A DNA stretch of 9,166 nucleotides from the NCBI RefSeq assembly GCF_006345805.1, contig NW_021828021.1:1-9166 (forward strand), given 5' to 3'. This document shows, piece by piece, positions 7,969 through 9,166 of this stretch (the first letter of the stretch is position 1; every line of letters starts with the position of its first letter). The notes beneath the pieces were generated by a model. That model did no database searches and was not told the DNA's origin. It was given only the letters and a program-made list of their open reading frames with translations. The translations under genes and the position numbers were made by a program. Source of the DNA: Octopus sinensis. Lineage: Eukaryota.

Positions 7969-8034
7969 TACATACATATATAAATACTAAATATTCTTTA
8001 TATATATCTGTGAATAAATATATGTAACTCGTTC

Positions 8035-8072
<38 letters not shown>

Positions 8073-8115
8073 GTGTATATATATCTATATATATATATAT
8101 GCATATATGCACATA
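7854..8115. repeat. (AT)n array, (CT)14 at 8041-8068, further (AT)n
   Basis: Read directly. Confidence 0.95.
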
Positions 8116-8167
8116 TGCTGCAGCATGAGCGCAGCTGCTTCACTGAAGCGAACTAAAGAATAAAAGA
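8116..8167 (+). mobile_element. Severely 5'-truncated copy of the family B SINE (or partner LINE) 3' terminus
   Basis: TGCTGCAGCATGAGCGCAGCTGCTTCACTGAAGCGAACTAAAGAATAAAAGA shares, in order, CAGCAT, GCAG, ACTGAAGC and AAAGAATA with 7795-7853. Confidence 0.55.
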
Positions 8168-8699
8168 CTGCTTAAGTACATATGCACATATTTGCATGCA
8201 TGCGCACACATTTACACCTGTGTCTACACACACACTCACTCACATTTATACTCAGAAGTTTGTCCTCATCTATACGCAGACGGTTTTTATCTTTTATATT
8301 CCGCATTTTTTGTACATGTGTGCATCTAAGTGCATTTTACATACCTTGATTGCCTTATTGTATTGTTAGCTGTTTTTCATTTGGGTTTTTTTTTATATAT
8401 ATGATGCGGAAGCATACTATGTCCATTTCTATAGAATTTCTCATAGAATGAAGTTAGGGTAGCTTGAAGAAATAATACTAAGGAAGTATGTATGAGCTGG
8501 TATATTGCTTATTGTAATCTTAATTGTACGGTCAGAATCTTGCAGCTTCCACACGACATGATGCGCCCTCTTCCAGCATACAAAAGATCAACTGACGAGA
8601 TATGCGATGCGAGTAGGAGGTAGTATGTATGCGCTCGTGTTTGGTAGTACATATAGATGTATAGTGTATGTAGAAGAAAATAGATAGGTGTTATAGTAG

Positions 8700-8738
8700 G
8701 GAGAGAGGGAGACAGACAGACCACAGATAGGGACAGAC

Positions 8739-8771
<33 letters not shown>

Positions 8772-8826
8772 TAGATAGATAGATAGATAGATATATATAT
8801 ATAGATAGATTAGATAATCGATAGAT

Positions 8827-8863
<37 letters not shown>

Positions 8864-9023
8864 TGTGGTTGGTTGGTAGTAGGTAGGTAGGTAGGTAGGT
8901 ATAGGTAGGTAGGTTGTAGGTAGGTAGGTAGATAGATAGACAGACAGGCAGACAGACAACAGGCAGACAGACAGACAGACAAGGACGGACGTACGACGGA
9001 CGGACAGACACACAGACAGACAT

Positions 9024-9075
<52 letters not shown>
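8700..9075 (+). repeat. Compound tetranucleotide array (AGAC/AT/AGAT/GGTT/AGGT/AGAT/AGAC/GGAC/AGAC/AGAT)
   Basis: Successive blocks of related 4-mers read directly. It explains the ORFs at 8509-9097. Confidence 0.96.
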
Positions 9076-9079
<4 letters not shown>

Positions 9080-9166
9080 AGGGATGAAGAGGGCCATAGT
9101 AGGTTAATATAATGCTTGGAGAGGATAAAGAAATGAGAGCGGGAGAAGAGATGAGAGAGAGAAGAG

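Noticed and set aside
8540-8625. Short frame MMRPLPAYKRSTDEICDASRR with a KR dibasic site / possible 43-nt exon after CTCTTCCAG
   Set aside because: No signal peptide, weak donor and no recognisable homology; too short to distinguish from chance.
208-9097. All supplied ORFs of 60-191 aa (YI, CV, HT, LSIY repeats; 2229-2483, 4202-4393, 4746-4964, 7450-7710, etc.)
   Set aside because: They are stop-free readings of di/tetranucleotide repeats, SINE sequence or low-complexity DNA. None has a recognisable domain or coding-like composition.
1-9166. CRISPR array, rRNA, bona fide tRNA, or prokaryotic operon
   Set aside because: There is no repeat-spacer periodicity and no rRNA or tRNA structure. 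The tRNA-like signals belong to SINE heads, and the sequence is eukaryotic repeat-rich DNA.

Overview
AT-rich eukaryotic non-coding DNA (intronic or intergenic). Its interspersed repeats look like those of Octopus genomes; this is recalled family resemblance, not a database hit. No intact protein-coding gene is supported: almost all supplied ORFs are translations of microsatellites. The window holds (i) many simple and compound microsatellites, (ii) a near full-length tRNA-derived SINE at 7451-7853 plus a separate copy of its extreme 3' tail at 8116-8167, (iii) a nested cluster of a second SINE family at 2326-2649 in which two heads form an inverted repeat, (iv) a ~340 bp hAT/Charlie-type MITE with degenerate TIRs and an 8-bp TSD-like pair at 696-1034, and (v) a probable decayed 3' end of an L1/Tx1-like LINE on the minus strand at ~3580-3950. 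I found no convincing novel biological system. The most interesting structures are a 3' stem-loop shared by two different SINE families, an inverted plus direct repeat scaffold around the 7451 SINE, a ~184-bp higher-order duplication hidden in a GT-rich array, and a compound tetranucleotide array whose motif changes in mostly single-base steps.
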